A stretch of DNA of 63,321 nucleotides, the filler included, from Nemertoderma westbladi (Eukaryota > Animalia > Xenacoelomorpha), in NCBI GenBank assembly GCA_032718475.1. It is 3 parts of 3 records of this genome, joined end to end, with 100 filler letters (N's around TTAATTAATTAA, not from the genome) between each part and the next. Parts side by side here need not be neighbours in the genome. Positions count along the whole stretch, not along the records: positions 58,508 to 63,321 come from JAUCBJ010001914.1; 2 more parts are not named here. One strand, given 5' to 3'. The position numbers and the translations under genes are program-made. Shown here piece after piece: positions 62,467 to 63,321 of the stretch (position 1 is the first letter of the stretch; each line of letters starts with the position of its first letter). A model generated the notes under the pieces. It saw only the letters and a program-made list of their open reading frames with translations. It was not told the origin of the DNA and ran no database searches.

Positions 62467-63321
62467 TCAGAATCTGTTGGGGGGACGCCTCACGCGGGAG
62501 GGGTAGGCTCTACGAGGCCGATCGGGTTGTTGAGTGGGGGGAGTGTCAGCCCAGTGTACGCGCTTCGGTGGCGTTGCAGGTGATCTTGGGCCGTTGTCCC
62601 TCGGTATCCCGATGGCTGTTGGTGTGAGTGGGGTGCACTCTCGTGTGCCGGTAGCGGCGGTGTCCCGGATGAGGTGGCGGCGGTTCCAGGTGAGGCATCG
62701 ACCGGAAGGGGTACGTACGGTGTACTTCCGGTTGGGTCTTGTTTCCGTGACAGTCCCAGTGCGGTCCCATCGCTTCGAGACTGGGTTTTGAATTCGGACC
62801 GGGTCCCCTACAGCGAATGGAATAAGGGGTTTGGCTCCGCGATTGTAGGCAGCCATCTGGGTGCCGTGGAGCGAGGGCAGTGCCTCGTCGAGCTCCGCGC
62901 GGGTCAGTTGGTGTTCCCGGAGGAAAGCGCGGCTGTGCATTGGCACTCGCGACCGTATGGGGTGCCCAAAGAGAATCTGGGCCGGCGACATTCCATGGGC
63001 GCGGGGGGAATTTCTGAGTTCTAGGAGTCCTTCCTGGAAAGCATCTGAGTTCATTTTCCCCCCGGTCTTGGTGAGCAATGCCTTGAGTGCCTTCACGGCA
63101 GACTCCGCGTGGCCATTGCTCTGGGGATATTCGGGAGATGATACGACGGGATCGACCCCCCAGACCTGGAGGAAGTCGGTAAAATTCTTTCCAGCGAATT
63201 GTGGACCGCCGTCGGAAGCGAAACGTAAGGGGGCGCCAAAACGCGTAAATACATCCCTCGCATGCGTAGCGGTAGAAGCAGAGGTTGGGGGATTCCCGCA
63301 TTTGTAGACTTCGGGCCAACC
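62467..63321 (-). CDS. Ty3/gypsy integrase core and C-terminus (partial, runs off the window)
   Basis: GWPEV..FTRFGAP..SDGGPQF..SSPEYPQSNGHAESAVK..LLELRNSP..SPAQILFG..WNRRHL. Open frame. Confidence 0.92.
   Translation of the reverse strand, partial: GWPEVYKCGNPPTSASTATHARDVFTRFGAPLRFASDGGPQFAGKNFTDFLQVWGVDPVVSSPEYPQSNGHAESAVKALKALLTKTGGKMNSDAFQEGLLELRNSPRAHGMSPAQILFGHPIRSRVPMHSRAFLREHQLTRAELDEALPSLHGTQMAAYNRGAKPLIPFAVGDPVRIQNPVSKRWDRTGTVTETRPNRKYTVRTPSGRCLTWNRRHLIRDTAATGTRECTPLTPTAIGIPRDNGPRSPATPPKRVHWADTPPTQQPDRPRRAYPSRVRRPPNRF

Overview
Repeat-rich invertebrate nuclear DNA (arthropod-like by inference). It consists of three contigs joined by artificial 100-bp spacers (N44-TTAATTAATTAA-N44 at 29913-30012 and 58408-58507). 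Contig 1 is a nest of transposons. It holds the 3' end of one LTR element and an internally deleted BEL/Pao retrotransposon carrying an extra post-pol ORF (DEDDy 3'-5' exonuclease plus CCHC knuckles). It also holds a broken Harbinger transposase, foldback/MITE elements, SINE/RTE/gypsy relics and a 41-bp satellite. Contig 2 holds three minus-strand exons of the host gene ARFGEF3/BIG3 and an apparently intronless ankyrin+BRCT (BARD1-like, no RING) ORF on the opposite strand. Its 18.5-kb array of ~228 x 81-bp units is a tandem amplification of BIG3's own exon-end/5' splice site junction. Each unit carries a GT donor, a TACTAAC and an in-frame stop. Contig 3 holds an Academ-like DNA transposon relic with a nested RTE insertion, and the 3' end of a gypsy element. 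All family assignments come from motif recognition by eye; no searches were run.
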